DNA of 64,000 bases from contig CBDFKD010000002.1 of assembly GCA_965248695.1 (NCBI GenBank), positions 3,200,001 through 3,264,000 on the forward strand, given 5' to 3'. The stretch is from Acidobacteriota bacterium (GTDB lineage: Bacteria > Acidobacteriota > UBA890 > WLXD01). The position numbers and the translations under genes were made by a program. Every line of letters begins with the position of its first letter. Within the stretch, counting starts at the first letter, position 1. Below, piece after piece: positions 38,740 to 48,504 of this stretch. The notes under the pieces were generated by a model. That model saw only the letters and a list, made by a program, of their open reading frames with translations. It was not told the DNA's origin and searched no databases.

Positions 38740-39711
38740 CTATTCGTTGATCGCCGCTCGACGTGCCGAGGCGACGAAGATGGCCGGGCCCGAGGCATCG
38801 GGATCCGGTGACAACTCTTGGTAGGTCATCGATTCGAGCCCGGCCTGCGCCAGCCACTCGGCGATCTGGTGGCGCTGGAATCCGAGCCAGGCGTGACCCA
38901 TGTCGTGCCGGTATGCGCGCCGGTCGTGCGGCGTCATATCGGCGAGCAGCAGGCGGCCGCCGGGGCGCACCGAACGTGCGGCTTCCGCCAGAGCGACCTC
39001 GGGCTGAGCGACGTAGTGCAACACCAGAAACATGACGGCGATGTCGAGCTCACCGTCGGCCAGCGGCAAGGCCTCCAGCCGACCTTCTCGGACATCGACG
39101 TTGTCGAGCTCACGAAGGCGGTCGCGGGCGGCGAGCAGCATCTCGCGCGAGCCGTCTACCGCTACGACGCTGCGAACGAACGGAGCGAGTGATTCCGACA
39201 CCCGTCCCGTCCCACAGCCCAGGTCACCGACTACCCAGTCGGGATCCGCCAGCCCGAGGAGCGCCTGCAAGTCGACACGTTCCCCGAACATGTCCCGCCG
39301 CAGCCGATCCCAGTCGCCTGCCGCAGAGGCGAAGAACTCCTGGGCGCGGCTGCGGCGATTGGTCAGCACGGTGGTCACCCGAAGGGCGTCCTGGCGTGCT
39401 GCAGGCAAACACATCGAGCGCTCTCGTACGAGCGCCCAGAGCTCTGCCGCCTCCGGATCCAGACCACGGGCGGCCATGCGGTAGCGGCGGCTGGTGCCGT
39501 CCGGCAACCCGACCAACCAGCCGTCCTCGACCAGCAGCTTCAGATGCCGGCTTACCGTCGACTGCGGCATCTGCAGCACGGTGCACAGCTCACCGACCGT
39601 GAGCTCGTGGCTCTCGAGCACCAGCAGCAAACGCGTGCGCGTCGTGTCGGCGAGATTCGCCAGCAGATCGAAGATGCGGGGCTCGTCGAACGCGGCAGTT
39701 GATCCGTTCAT
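38740..39711 (-). CDS. ArsR-family HTH fused to a SAM-dependent methyltransferase-like domain (SahR-like SAM-cycle regulator)
   Basis: LADTTRTRLL...LTVGELC...QSTVSRHLK; DLGCGTG; directly upstream of ahcY. Confidence 0.88.
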   Translation of the reverse strand: MNGSTAAFDEPRIFDLLANLADTTRTRLLLVLESHELTVGELCTVLQMPQSTVSRHLKLLVEDGWLVGLPDGTSRRYRMAARGLDPEAAELWALVRERSMCLPAARQDALRVTTVLTNRRSRAQEFFASAAGDWDRLRRDMFGERVDLQALLGLADPDWVVGDLGCGTGRVSESLAPFVRSVVAVDGSREMLLAARDRLRELDNVDVREGRLEALPLADGELDIAVMFLVLHYVAQPEVALAEAARSVRPGGRLLLADMTPHDRRAYRHDMGHAWLGFQRHQIAEWLAQAGLESMTYQELSPDPDASGPAIFVASARRAAINE

Positions 39712-39746
39712 GCGGATAGACTGATGGACTTTGCCGCGCCTGTCAA
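39712..39746 (-). promoter_or_regulatory. Promoter TTGACA-N17-CAGTCT placing the start of transcription near the ATG of the ArsR-methyltransferase gene
   Basis: Perfect -35 at 39746-39741, 17-nt spacer, weak -10 at 39723-39718, 6 nt to the ATG, no SD sequence. Confidence 0.55.
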
Positions 39747-40846
39747 GACCTCCAGATGCGCGCCACCCCGACGGTCAGCAAGGGCACCGCGAACAGCGCC
39801 AGGAATCCGTAGGCCATCAGCGTGTAGCCCTGTGCCACCAGGGCGATGATGCCGAGCTGGGACAGCACCGCTGCGGCCACCAGCAAACCGACGCTGATCA
39901 GGCCAGCCGCCTGCGGTCCGAGCGCCTCGCCCCCGGACTCGACGCGGTTGACAGAGATGCGATCGATCAGCGCATGGATCATGCCCACGCTGGTCTCCAC
40001 CAGGGTCCAGAGGACCACCACGGCGTAGAACGCGATCAGCCAGCTCCCTCCGGTGCGCTCGAGCATCGACAGCCAGGGAACTTCGGCGCCCAGGACATCG
40101 GGATCCGGATAGAACGCCAACACAGCCAGGAACGTGAGCACGAACGGAATCGTCGACAGCAACCCTGTGATCAGCCCGGCTCCGAGCGCCTGCCGGCGCG
40201 AGGTGTGGCGGTCGATGACGAACAGCGTGCTCGGGAGCCCCGCCAGGTTGTAACCAACATATAGAAGCCCGGTGCCGAGGATGGTGCTCAGCGAGGCCTC
40301 CGCCACGTACGACGAGTCGCCGCTGGCCAACACGCGGCCGGGTGCCGGTCCCGACCGACTCAATACGGCCCAGGCGAACGCCGCATAGCCGACGTACAGA
40401 AGCGCCGAGCCGACGGTCTTGAACGCTTCGATGGTGGCGCGGCCGCGCGCGTTGATGACGCCGACCAACACGACGACGAACCCGACACCGAGCCAATACG
40501 GCATCCCGAGCACACGCTCGCCGACGCTACCGGTGGCGGCGCTGACCACAGCGATCACGATCACGACCATGGCGACATACAACGCGTCGAACAGCGGCCA
40601 GGCGGGACCGATGAGCTCGCGCACCAGGGTCCGATAATCGAACGCGCCGGTAACCCGTGCGAACTCGTAGCAGATCGCGGACATCAGCGCGAAGCCGAGC
40701 CCGATCGCCGCAACGCTCCACAGGCCGGCGGCACCGAACTTGGCACCGTACTCGACGATCTCACGGCCGGTGGCGTATGCCCCGCCGATGAGCACTGACT
40801 GGAAGATGATGCCCGGCAGCACGTACAGCTGGTAGGCACGCTTCAT
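39743..40846 (-). CDS. YkvI-like multipass membrane protein
   Basis: SVLIGGAYATGREIVEY, LYVGYN; about 10 TM helices. Confidence 0.78.
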   Translation of the reverse strand: MKRAYQLYVLPGIIFQSVLIGGAYATGREIVEYGAKFGAAGLWSVAAIGLGFALMSAICYEFARVTGAFDYRTLVRELIGPAWPLFDALYVAMVVIVIAVVSAATGSVGERVLGMPYWLGVGFVVVLVGVINARGRATIEAFKTVGSALLYVGYAAFAWAVLSRSGPAPGRVLASGDSSYVAEASLSTILGTGLLYVGYNLAGLPSTLFVIDRHTSRRQALGAGLITGLLSTIPFVLTFLAVLAFYPDPDVLGAEVPWLSMLERTGGSWLIAFYAVVVLWTLVETSVGMIHALIDRISVNRVESGGEALGPQAAGLISVGLLVAAAVLSQLGIIALVAQGYTLMAYGFLALFAVPLLTVGVARIWRS

Positions 40847-42795
40847 GGCCGACCGGGGTCCGCGCCCAGGTTCAATCGCCAGAGGCTCTGTCCGGCATCG
40901 CGCGGATTACGGAACAGCAGGTTGGCGTGGCGGCGCATGAACTCCGCCAGCAACTGCCCTTCGCGCGGCGCCAGGGCGTCTGGGGAGAGGGTGAGCTCCT
41001 CGTCGATCATCAGATGGGTAATGCCCTGGTCGCGAAAATAGGTGGCAATGTCGGCCGGACCGGTGGCAGCCGCCAGCGCGCGCTCCAGACGATAGTGCTC
41101 GAAGGTGTAGTCCGAGCGCCAGCCGTTGGGGAACGGCGTCATCTCACCCCGACCGGGCAGGTCGAGCAGGTATCCCCAGGTGCGCATGTTGACCAGGTAC
41201 AGACGATCGCCGGGGCCCAGTCGCTGACTAGCCTCGCGATAGATCTGATAGGGGGGCAGCCGACGCGTCAGGTATTGCTCGCGGCTCTCGTGACCCAACC
41301 AGAACAGATACACCCGGCGCGAGTGCACCTCGTCGAGCGCCACGAAGACGTTGATCGCCACCAGCAACGCGATGGCCGCCGTCCACAGCAGCCTGAAGCG
41401 GTCCGACGCTGCCACCGTCACCAGCACCGCCGCCATCGGCAACACCGGAAGCAAGAAGCGCACCTGGGTTGTGGTCAGTGACCAGTAGAAAATGAACCCG
41501 GCCGCGAAAACGCCCAGCATGCGAACGTCGCGATGCCGGCCGCGCGCCAGGAATGCCAGCGGCGCCAACAAGAACCCGCTGCCGACAACCCCGTCATAGG
41601 CCGTGTAGTTGGCAGCGGCAGAGGTGAACACCCAGACCATCGCCATCAGCCGCTCCCAGAGGACGCGGTCGTGGCCGACCCCGTACTGCCGTTGCCAGGC
41701 GAGCGCGAGCTCTGACTGGTGCACACTCCAGTTCACCGCATCGGTGAGCTCGAACGGGCCCATACGGAAGGGAAACAGCGGCCAGCCGGTGATGCTCCAC
41801 GTACGCGCCAGGTAGGGAGCGAACATCAGCAATGCGATCGCACCGATCGCGACAGTTCCGTACGGGATCTCGCGTGCCCGGGTGCGTAGATGTTCTACGA
41901 GCACCACGAGCACGAGCAACAGAACGAGCTGCAGCGCCGTGTACTTGACCGTCCATGCCGCGCCGGCCATCAAGCCGGCAAACACCGCCCAATGGAGCGC
42001 GGCCGCCTCGCTTTCGTGCCGCTCGCTGACATAGCGCATCGTACCGATGAGAGCCAACAGGGCGTACAGCGTGAAGTTCATGTCGATGTACGCCCAGTGC
42101 CCGGTCACCATCACCGTCGGCACGGTCATGAATAGCGCAGTTCCGAGCACCGCCGCGCGGCTGGAAGCCAGGGTGCTCGCGTAGCCGTACAGCGCGCTCA
42201 TCACCAGACCGAGATAGAGCAGATGGAACATTCGTGCCGCAGTCTCGCCAGCAACCCCGAGGCCGAAGGTGAACAACATCTGGGGACCCATCGGGTAGTA
42301 GGCCAGCACGTTGTCGGTGAACACCGGCAGATAACCCACCCGGAGTAGCTGCGCCGGCACCTCGAGGTGGTAGACCATCTCGTCGAGCGACGTCGGCGGC
42401 AGCGTCGCGCCCATGAACATCCAACCGAAGTACGCCACGGCGCCGAGCGTGCCGAGCATCACCCAGCGGTCGGCACGAACCGCGCCGAGCGCCGCCCAGC
42501 CGGCGCCCGCCAGCTCGCGAGCTCCTGTCAGTGCCATCAACGCCAGCACGCCCAGCAGCGCCCACAGCAAACGCGGCGACAGGACTCCGCCGACGGGCAG
42601 CACGTAACCGACCATCGCAACGCCGTAAAGCAGATAGGAGATCAACAGCAAGCCGACGCCGGTCTCCGCCGCCAGCTGCACACCGCCGTGTCCCAGGCGC
42701 CAGCGCGCACCGATCAGCCGCCGACCGATCTGGTGCGACGCCAGCGCGGTCACCACGACCTGCAACAGTGCGAGCGTCGCCATCTCCACCCCCAA
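40843..42795 (-). CDS. Multipass membrane protein, probable GT-C (ArnT/PMT-like) glycosyltransferase
   Basis: DEMVYHLEVP loop, AYID, VKYT, TGWPLFP, RFLLP; many TM helices. Confidence 0.7.
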   Translation of the reverse strand: MGVEMATLALLQVVVTALASHQIGRRLIGARWRLGHGGVQLAAETGVGLLLISYLLYGVAMVGYVLPVGGVLSPRLLWALLGVLALMALTGARELAGAGWAALGAVRADRWVMLGTLGAVAYFGWMFMGATLPPTSLDEMVYHLEVPAQLLRVGYLPVFTDNVLAYYPMGPQMLFTFGLGVAGETAARMFHLLYLGLVMSALYGYASTLASSRAAVLGTALFMTVPTVMVTGHWAYIDMNFTLYALLALIGTMRYVSERHESEAAALHWAVFAGLMAGAAWTVKYTALQLVLLLVLVVLVEHLRTRAREIPYGTVAIGAIALLMFAPYLARTWSITGWPLFPFRMGPFELTDAVNWSVHQSELALAWQRQYGVGHDRVLWERLMAMVWVFTSAAANYTAYDGVVGSGFLLAPLAFLARGRHRDVRMLGVFAAGFIFYWSLTTTQVRFLLPVLPMAAVLVTVAASDRFRLLWTAAIALLVAINVFVALDEVHSRRVYLFWLGHESREQYLTRRLPPYQIYREASQRLGPGDRLYLVNMRTWGYLLDLPGRGEMTPFPNGWRSDYTFEHYRLERALAAATGPADIATYFRDQGITHLMIDEELTLSPDALAPREGQLLAEFMRRHANLLFRNPRDAGQSLWRLNLGADPGRP

Positions 42796-42888
42796 TTCCG
42801 CGCCAATGGGGCCACCGGCCGCTACAATGAACGAACTTGAGATTCGTTCGAACCCCCGAGATCCCCACCTCGGCCGAGGAGCCTTCCG

Positions 42889-44154
42889 TTGCGCAGAAGC
42901 CTGTCCCTAGCGTTCGTCATCGTACTTGCTTCCGTCTCCAGCAGCCAGGGAGACAACTGGCCGCAGTGGCGTGGTCCGGGCCTCAATGGGATCAGCTCGG
43001 AAACCGGGCTGCCGACCACCTGGGATGCCGACACCAACATCACCTGGAAGCTCGATCTGCCGGCCTGGAGCGGCTCCACTCCCATCGTCTGGGATGACAC
43101 CGTCTTCCTGAGCGTCGGCGACGGCACCAACATCTCGCTGTGGGCGATCGACCGGGCGACCGGGCAGGAACGCTGGGTTCGCGTGCTGAGCGACAACGAC
43201 CACCGCGAGCGCAAGCAGAACATGTCGTCGCCGTCACCAGTCACTGACGGCACCCACGTCTGGGTGATGACCGGCACCGGCATCCTCAAAGCGTTCGACT
43301 TCGACGGCAACGAGCTCTGGCACCGCGACATCCCGGCCGACTACGGCAAGTTCGGGCTCAACTGGGGCTACGCCTCCTCGCCGTTGCTGTACGACGGGGC
43401 GCTCTTCGTCCAGGTGCTGCACGGCATGAAGACCGACGACACGCCGTATGTGCTGCGCATCGATACGGTGACCGGCGAGACCGTGTGGCGCGTCGAGCGG
43501 CCTACAGACGCCATTCGGGAGTCGCCAGATTCCTACGCCACACCGGCGCTGCTGCAGTACGACGGCGTCACAGAGATCGTGCTCACCGGCGGCGACGTGG
43601 TCACCGGGCATGATCCCGACACCGGCGAGGAGCTGTGGCGCTCCGACGGCCTCAACCCGGAGAACAACGGCGCCTACCGCATCGTTGCGTCGCCCGTCGT
43701 GATGGATAGTGTGATCTACGCGCCGACGCGCGAGCGACCGCTGCTGGCGCTGCGCGCCGGCGGCCGTGGCGACATCACCGACACCCATCGTCTGTGGTCG
43801 TTCAACGACGGACCCGACGTTCCCACGCCGGTAACCGACGGGCGCTACTTCTACAGCGTCAAGGACAACGGCGTCGTCTTCTGCCTCGATGCGAAGACCG
43901 GCGAGCGTGTCTACGGTCCGGTGCGGCTGCCTGTCGGCACGTACAGCGGCTCCCCCGTGCTGGCCGACGGCAAGATCTACATCACCAACGAGGACGGCCT
44001 TACCAGCGTCATCCGCTCCGGTCCGGAGTTCGAGCTGCTGGCCGCCAACGACCTCGGTGACTACACGTTGAGCTCACCGGCGATCTCGGACGGTCAGATC
44101 TTCATCCGCACCGCCAGTGGGCTCTACGCCATCGGCGACCGACGCGCGGACTGA
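42889..44154 (+). CDS. PQQ-binding-like beta-propeller protein
   Basis: Signal peptide, NWPQWRGP, GSTPIVWD, YASSP, SGSPVLADGKIY. Confidence 0.88.
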   Translation: MRRSLSLAFVIVLASVSSSQGDNWPQWRGPGLNGISSETGLPTTWDADTNITWKLDLPAWSGSTPIVWDDTVFLSVGDGTNISLWAIDRATGQERWVRVLSDNDHRERKQNMSSPSPVTDGTHVWVMTGTGILKAFDFDGNELWHRDIPADYGKFGLNWGYASSPLLYDGALFVQVLHGMKTDDTPYVLRIDTVTGETVWRVERPTDAIRESPDSYATPALLQYDGVTEIVLTGGDVVTGHDPDTGEELWRSDGLNPENNGAYRIVASPVVMDSVIYAPTRERPLLALRAGGRGDITDTHRLWSFNDGPDVPTPVTDGRYFYSVKDNGVVFCLDAKTGERVYGPVRLPVGTYSGSPVLADGKIYITNEDGLTSVIRSGPEFELLAANDLGDYTLSSPAISDGQIFIRTASGLYAIGDRRAD

Positions 44155-44170
44155 GATCGGACGTCGAGCG

Positions 44171-46906
44171 TCAGTAGCTGCGTAGGGCAGCTACCGGATC
44201 AACGCGTGCTACTCGCCAAGCGGGTAGCAGGTTAGCCATGCCCGCCGCCAGCAGCAGTGCTACAACAGCACTCGTGTAGGCGATCGCATCGGCAGCGCCG
44301 ATCCCGTAGAGCAGCGCGCCAAGCGCACGAGTCAAGACCAGGCTGATTCCCAACCCGATGGCGGCGCCGATGGCAACGGTGCGCATACCCTGGCGGAACA
44401 CCATGCGCACGACACGGGCCCGATCGGCCCCGACGGCGATACGAATGCCGATTTCGCGGGTACGGCGCGCCACCGCGAAAGCAACAACGCCGTAGACGCC
44501 GACCGCGGCCAGCAACGCCCCGAGGCCACCGAGCACCGCCAGCGCGACGGCGGCGAAGCGCACCGGAAACAAGCTCAACGACAAGTGCTGCTCGATGGTC
44601 TTGGCCTCCATGATGGCGACGTTGGGATCGAGCTCACGAACGATGCTTCGCATGGCGGTGAGCGTCGCCGCCGGCTCCGCGTCGGTGCGTGCCAGGATGG
44701 TGCCGAACATCGCGTTGGCCGCTTGTGCGTACGGTAGGTAGAGGTGTCCGGTCGGCGCCTCGCCCAGCGTCGAGACCTTGTGCGGTGCGTTGACGCCGAT
44801 CACGACGGCGAGCGGGCCATCTTCCGCGACCACCGACAGCCGCTTGCCGATCGGGTTCTCGCCCGGCCACAGCTGCTGCGCCAGCGCCTCGTTGACGATC
44901 ACTACACCGGGTGCATCCGCAACATCCTGGGCATCGAAACGGCGCCCAGAAAGCAACGAAATCTGCATCAGCCGGAAAAACTCCGGTGTGACGGCCGTTG
45001 CCATCACGTCCGGCGCCTCGTTGCCGTCCTCCAGCAACGCGCCCTCCAGATAGACGGTGCGGTCGATTATCATCGTCGACTCGAGCGGCAACCGTTCGGT
45101 GAACGCCACCCCCGTTACCCCCGGCACGGCCTCGATCCGCTCCAGGGCGCGAAGGTGGAAGTCACGCGACTCCTCGGCGGCATATCCCTGAAACACGAGT
45201 CCCAGGTTGATGCCGACGATGGATTCCGTGGCGATCCCGGGATCGATCGACTCGGCATTGACTAGGCTCCGCACTAGCAGCGCGGCGCCGACCAGCAACA
45301 CCAGCGTCACGGCTACCTGCACCATTACGAGTGCGCCACGCAGCCGGCTACCGCGAGGGCGGCCATCGCTCGAGGCCTCGTCGGCACGCAGCGCCTGACC
45401 GAGATCGGCACGGGTAGTGCGCAATGCCGGCACCAGTCCGAACAGCATGCCGGTGGCGATGGAGACCAACGCGGTAAACAGGATCACCCGTGGTGCCATG
45501 CCAATGCTGAAGTCGATCGGAATCAGCAGCGGTGGCTGCACCGCCAGGATGGCGCGCAGCGTCAGCGTCGCCACGAGAGTCGCGAACAGACCACCGAGTA
45601 CTGACAGCACAGCGCTCTCGGTCAGCAGCTGACGGATCAGGCGACCGCGCCCAGCTCCCAACGCCAGGCGAACGGCGATTTCCTGGCGCCGCACCGAAGC
45701 GCGCGCCAGCATCATGTTGGCGATATTGGCACAGGCAATCAGCAGCACCAGCCCGACGATCGCCATCAACACCCCGGCCGCCGGTCGCATCATACGATCG
45801 GCCGCCGGGTCGATCCGCACGTCGCTGGCCGGCATGACAGCAATCGTCTGGTCGGCGTTGGTTTCCGGGTATTCAGCCTCCAGGTTTGCGCCAATGGCGC
45901 GAACCTCGTCATCCGCCTGCTGCACCGTGGTCCCGGGCCGTAGGCGCCCGATCACCTGCGTGCCGTGCGATCCGCGGCGCTCGAGACGGCTGCCGGTCGC
46001 CGGCGGCACCAGAACGTCGGTGGCCCGCGCAGGCACCCAGAAGTTCGCCCGCAGCGGCGGCGTGCCGCCGTTGTATTGCTCGGGTACGACACCGATGAGC
46101 ACGAACGGCGTGCCCCCGAAGGTCAACGGGCGACCTATGGCGCCAAGATCGGCACCGAGACGACCGCGCCAGAACGCCTCGCTGACCATGACGGTCAGTG
46201 GCTCATCGGCGTTCTCGTCCTGCGGGGAGAAGCCGCGGCCGATCACTGGGGCGAGACCCAGGACCGCGAACAGGTTCGCCGACGCCGACTCACCGAAAAC
46301 GAACACGGCGTCGCCATCGTTGTTGAATGTGGTCATCTCGCTTCGATAGGCTGCCAGGCCATCGAACGCCGCCGCCTGATCGCGCACGTCGCGGTAGTCC
46401 GGGTAGGACATCTGCATGCCGCCGATGCCCTCCCGGTCGTCGTGTAGCCGGATCAGCGCCGCCGGGTCCTCGACCGCCAACGGCTTGAACAGCACCGCGT
46501 CAATGACGGCGAACACGGTGGCGTTGAAGCCGATGCCGAGCGCCAGCGAGGTCACCGCCACGAGGGTGAAGGCCGGGCTCTTCCACAACATGCGCACGGC
46601 GAAACGAATGTCGGTTACCAGATCGCTCATGAGACTGCCTGAAACGTGGGAAAGACCGCGACGCGGAAAGCGTCCGAGCGGATCGTCGGGGCCCGCCAGC
46701 TTGGCGGCACAGCCCTGGCGGACGAGATCGTCGACATCGCCGAAGCGCGATTCGGCATCGTGCCGCGCGGTGTCCGCAGACATACCGCTCGCAAGGTTGT
46801 CGGCGGCGCGCAGTTCGATGTGAGCCAGCATCTCGTCGCGCACCTCCCGCTCGACGCCCGCAGCGCTAGCGTGCGGCCGTCTCCAGCGCCTCCAGAAGGA
46901 GAGCAT
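44171..46906 (-). CDS. Duplicated MacB/FtsX-type ABC permease (ADOP-like)
   Basis: EMLAHIELR...ARHDAESRFG prefix, LALGIGFNATVF, LLIACANIANM, RTREIGIRIAVGA, RVDPVAALR. Confidence 0.92.
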   Translation of the reverse strand: MLSFWRRWRRPHASAAGVEREVRDEMLAHIELRAADNLASGMSADTARHDAESRFGDVDDLVRQGCAAKLAGPDDPLGRFPRRGLSHVSGSLMSDLVTDIRFAVRMLWKSPAFTLVAVTSLALGIGFNATVFAVIDAVLFKPLAVEDPAALIRLHDDREGIGGMQMSYPDYRDVRDQAAAFDGLAAYRSEMTTFNNDGDAVFVFGESASANLFAVLGLAPVIGRGFSPQDENADEPLTVMVSEAFWRGRLGADLGAIGRPLTFGGTPFVLIGVVPEQYNGGTPPLRANFWVPARATDVLVPPATGSRLERRGSHGTQVIGRLRPGTTVQQADDEVRAIGANLEAEYPETNADQTIAVMPASDVRIDPAADRMMRPAAGVLMAIVGLVLLIACANIANMMLARASVRRQEIAVRLALGAGRGRLIRQLLTESAVLSVLGGLFATLVATLTLRAILAVQPPLLIPIDFSIGMAPRVILFTALVSIATGMLFGLVPALRTTRADLGQALRADEASSDGRPRGSRLRGALVMVQVAVTLVLLVGAALLVRSLVNAESIDPGIATESIVGINLGLVFQGYAAEESRDFHLRALERIEAVPGVTGVAFTERLPLESTMIIDRTVYLEGALLEDGNEAPDVMATAVTPEFFRLMQISLLSGRRFDAQDVADAPGVVIVNEALAQQLWPGENPIGKRLSVVAEDGPLAVVIGVNAPHKVSTLGEAPTGHLYLPYAQAANAMFGTILARTDAEPAATLTAMRSIVRELDPNVAIMEAKTIEQHLSLSLFPVRFAAVALAVLGGLGALLAAVGVYGVVAFAVARRTREIGIRIAVGADRARVVRMVFRQGMRTVAIGAAIGLGISLVLTRALGALLYGIGAADAIAYTSAVVALLLAAGMANLLPAWRVARVDPVAALRSY

Positions 46907-47239
46907 CTAGCCGGCCTCCAGGACCTTGCCGACCGCAGCGCTGAACTCATCCCAGGTGGCGCGCTCAGCAGCGAGCTGTTCACGTCCCTCCGGCGTCAGG
47001 CTGTAGAACTTGGCCCGGCGTCCCGTGTCGGTGGTGCCCCATTCCGACGCGATCCAGCCGCGCTTCTCCATGCGGTACAGGGCCGGATAGAGCGAGCCCT
47101 CCTCGACCGTAAGGGTCTCGTCGGTGGTCGACTGGATGGTTTTGGCGACGGCGTAGCCATGCAGTCGTCCGCTCTCGAGCGTTCGCAGCACCAGCAAGCC
47201 GAGGGTGCCGCGCAGCAGGTCGATCCCTTTCTTGCCCAT
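46907..47239 (-). CDS. PadR family transcriptional regulator
   Basis: LLRGTLGLLVL, HGYAVA, VEEGSLYPALYRME, RRAKFYSLT; start ATG 47239 with GGAGA RBS. Confidence 0.92.
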   Translation of the reverse strand: MGKKGIDLLRGTLGLLVLRTLESGRLHGYAVAKTIQSTTDETLTVEEGSLYPALYRMEKRGWIASEWGTTDTGRRAKFYSLTPEGREQLAAERATWDEFSAAVGKVLEAG

Positions 47240-47289
47240 TCGCTCTCCGTGACCGGCGACTTTCGGGTCGGCGGCGTCAGCGGGTTCCC

Positions 47290-47315
47290 TAGAAACTCTA
47301 CCCTTAGAATATCTA
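47290..47315. promoter_or_regulatory. Tandem palindromes TAGA-N3-TCTA, candidate PadR operators
   Basis: TAGAAACTCTA (47290-47300) and TAGAATATCTA (47305-47315), 50-75 nt upstream of padR. Confidence 0.6.
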
Positions 47316-47364
47316 TGTATTATATGGAGCGACCAGCCGGCCGCAAGTTGGCCCGTCTTTGTTC

Positions 47365-47655
47365 CTAGTGGCCTGTAACAGATGAATCGATAGTGCCGTG
47401 GTGGCGAAATGGGGTCGGATGCAAGGCGCTCCGACGAGTCGATGTTGGTGCATCTCCGAGGAGGAGCAACAGAGCAGGCGGCCCCATTTCGCCACTGTTG
47501 CTCTGGTTGGCCTGCGGACAGATAGGCAGTTGCGGGCGAACTCGGCGTTGCGACTCGTCGACGATGCGCCGCGGCATCGCCATCCTCCCCGCGCCTCGAT
47601 CTCGCCCGCAAATCCCATCTGCGGCGCTATCGATTCATCTGTTACAGGCCACTAG
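47365..47655. mobile_element. Non-coding MITE-like element with perfect terminal inverted repeats and CTAG ends
   Basis: CTAG+TGGCCTGTAACAGATGAATCGATAG (47365-47393) is the exact reverse complement of 47627-47655; nested internal hairpins; no transposase. Confidence 0.75.
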
Positions 47656-47694
47656 AGGCTCCGCCCGGTCCGTCACCGGACGGCGCCAGCTGGC

Positions 47695-48435
47695 TCAGTC
47701 GAACGGCGGCGGAACCGAGGTCAGACGCAGGTCCGACAGCCAGCTGCGAACCCGGGTGCCGGTGTTGTCGGTGTCCACAACGAACGCGATGCCGCCGATA
47801 CGCTCGGGCGGCTCGCTGAAGGCGCGCTCGTAGTCCGCCAGCAGATCGCGCTCCTCCACGCTCCACCGACCGACGAGATCGGCGCCGCTGCGGAGCACGA
47901 TGGTGGCCACCCGGCGGCGATAGGGGTTGGGAAAGCGCGTCCCCGGATCCAGATCGCGCGCCCACACGTAGGCGATGGCGCGTGTGTCGCGGTCCATCAC
48001 GTCGGTCCCGAACGCCACCATGATGCGGGCAGCGAAATCGTCGCCCTGGCGCGAGCGTTCGTCGACCCGGGTCTCGAGCCTGCTATCGACCCTCCACCGC
48101 CAGGACAGCCGGGCGCGGGTTGGACGGCGCAGGTCAAACCGCCGCCACAGCGCCGCCGCAGCGGCATTGCTGTCCGCCTGCAGCACCGATCGCATGTCGT
48201 CCAGCACGACGCTGAAGCTCGTACTGCTGGACGCCATACGCTGCTGCATCCAGTGAGCATCCCAGCCATCGCGCAGACCATCGAGAAGATCAATGCCGTC
48301 GCCCAATTCCTGAGCGGCGCCGGCCGAAGCGGTAGCGACGCAAACAGATAGAGCGAGCGTGAGGCACAACGCGCCAGCCTGCCCGAGCCGATCGCCCCGA
48401 GGCTGGCGCGCAAGATGTCCTGAAACCTGCCGCAT
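47695..48435 (-). CDS. DUF3047-like secreted protein
   Basis: LSWRWRVD, GDDFAARIMVAF, IAYVW, EERDLLADY, DTDNTG. Confidence 0.8.
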   Translation of the reverse strand: MRQVSGHLARQPRGDRLGQAGALCLTLALSVCVATASAGAAQELGDGIDLLDGLRDGWDAHWMQQRMASSSTSFSVVLDDMRSVLQADSNAAAAALWRRFDLRRPTRARLSWRWRVDSRLETRVDERSRQGDDFAARIMVAFGTDVMDRDTRAIAYVWARDLDPGTRFPNPYRRRVATIVLRSGADLVGRWSVEERDLLADYERAFSEPPERIGGIAFVVDTDNTGTRVRSWLSDLRLTSVPPPFD

Positions 48436-48504
48436 GCGAGCTCCCGAATTCAGAATCGATGGATCTACGAACGCGTGTGGCCTATACGATAGCGGGCACG
48501 CGCC

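Noticed and set aside
47313-47833. Short ORFs across the palindromic element as a toxin or transposase
   Set aside because: No recognisable motifs or RBS; the shared peptide ALSIHLLQATR on both strands simply reflects the inverted repeat.
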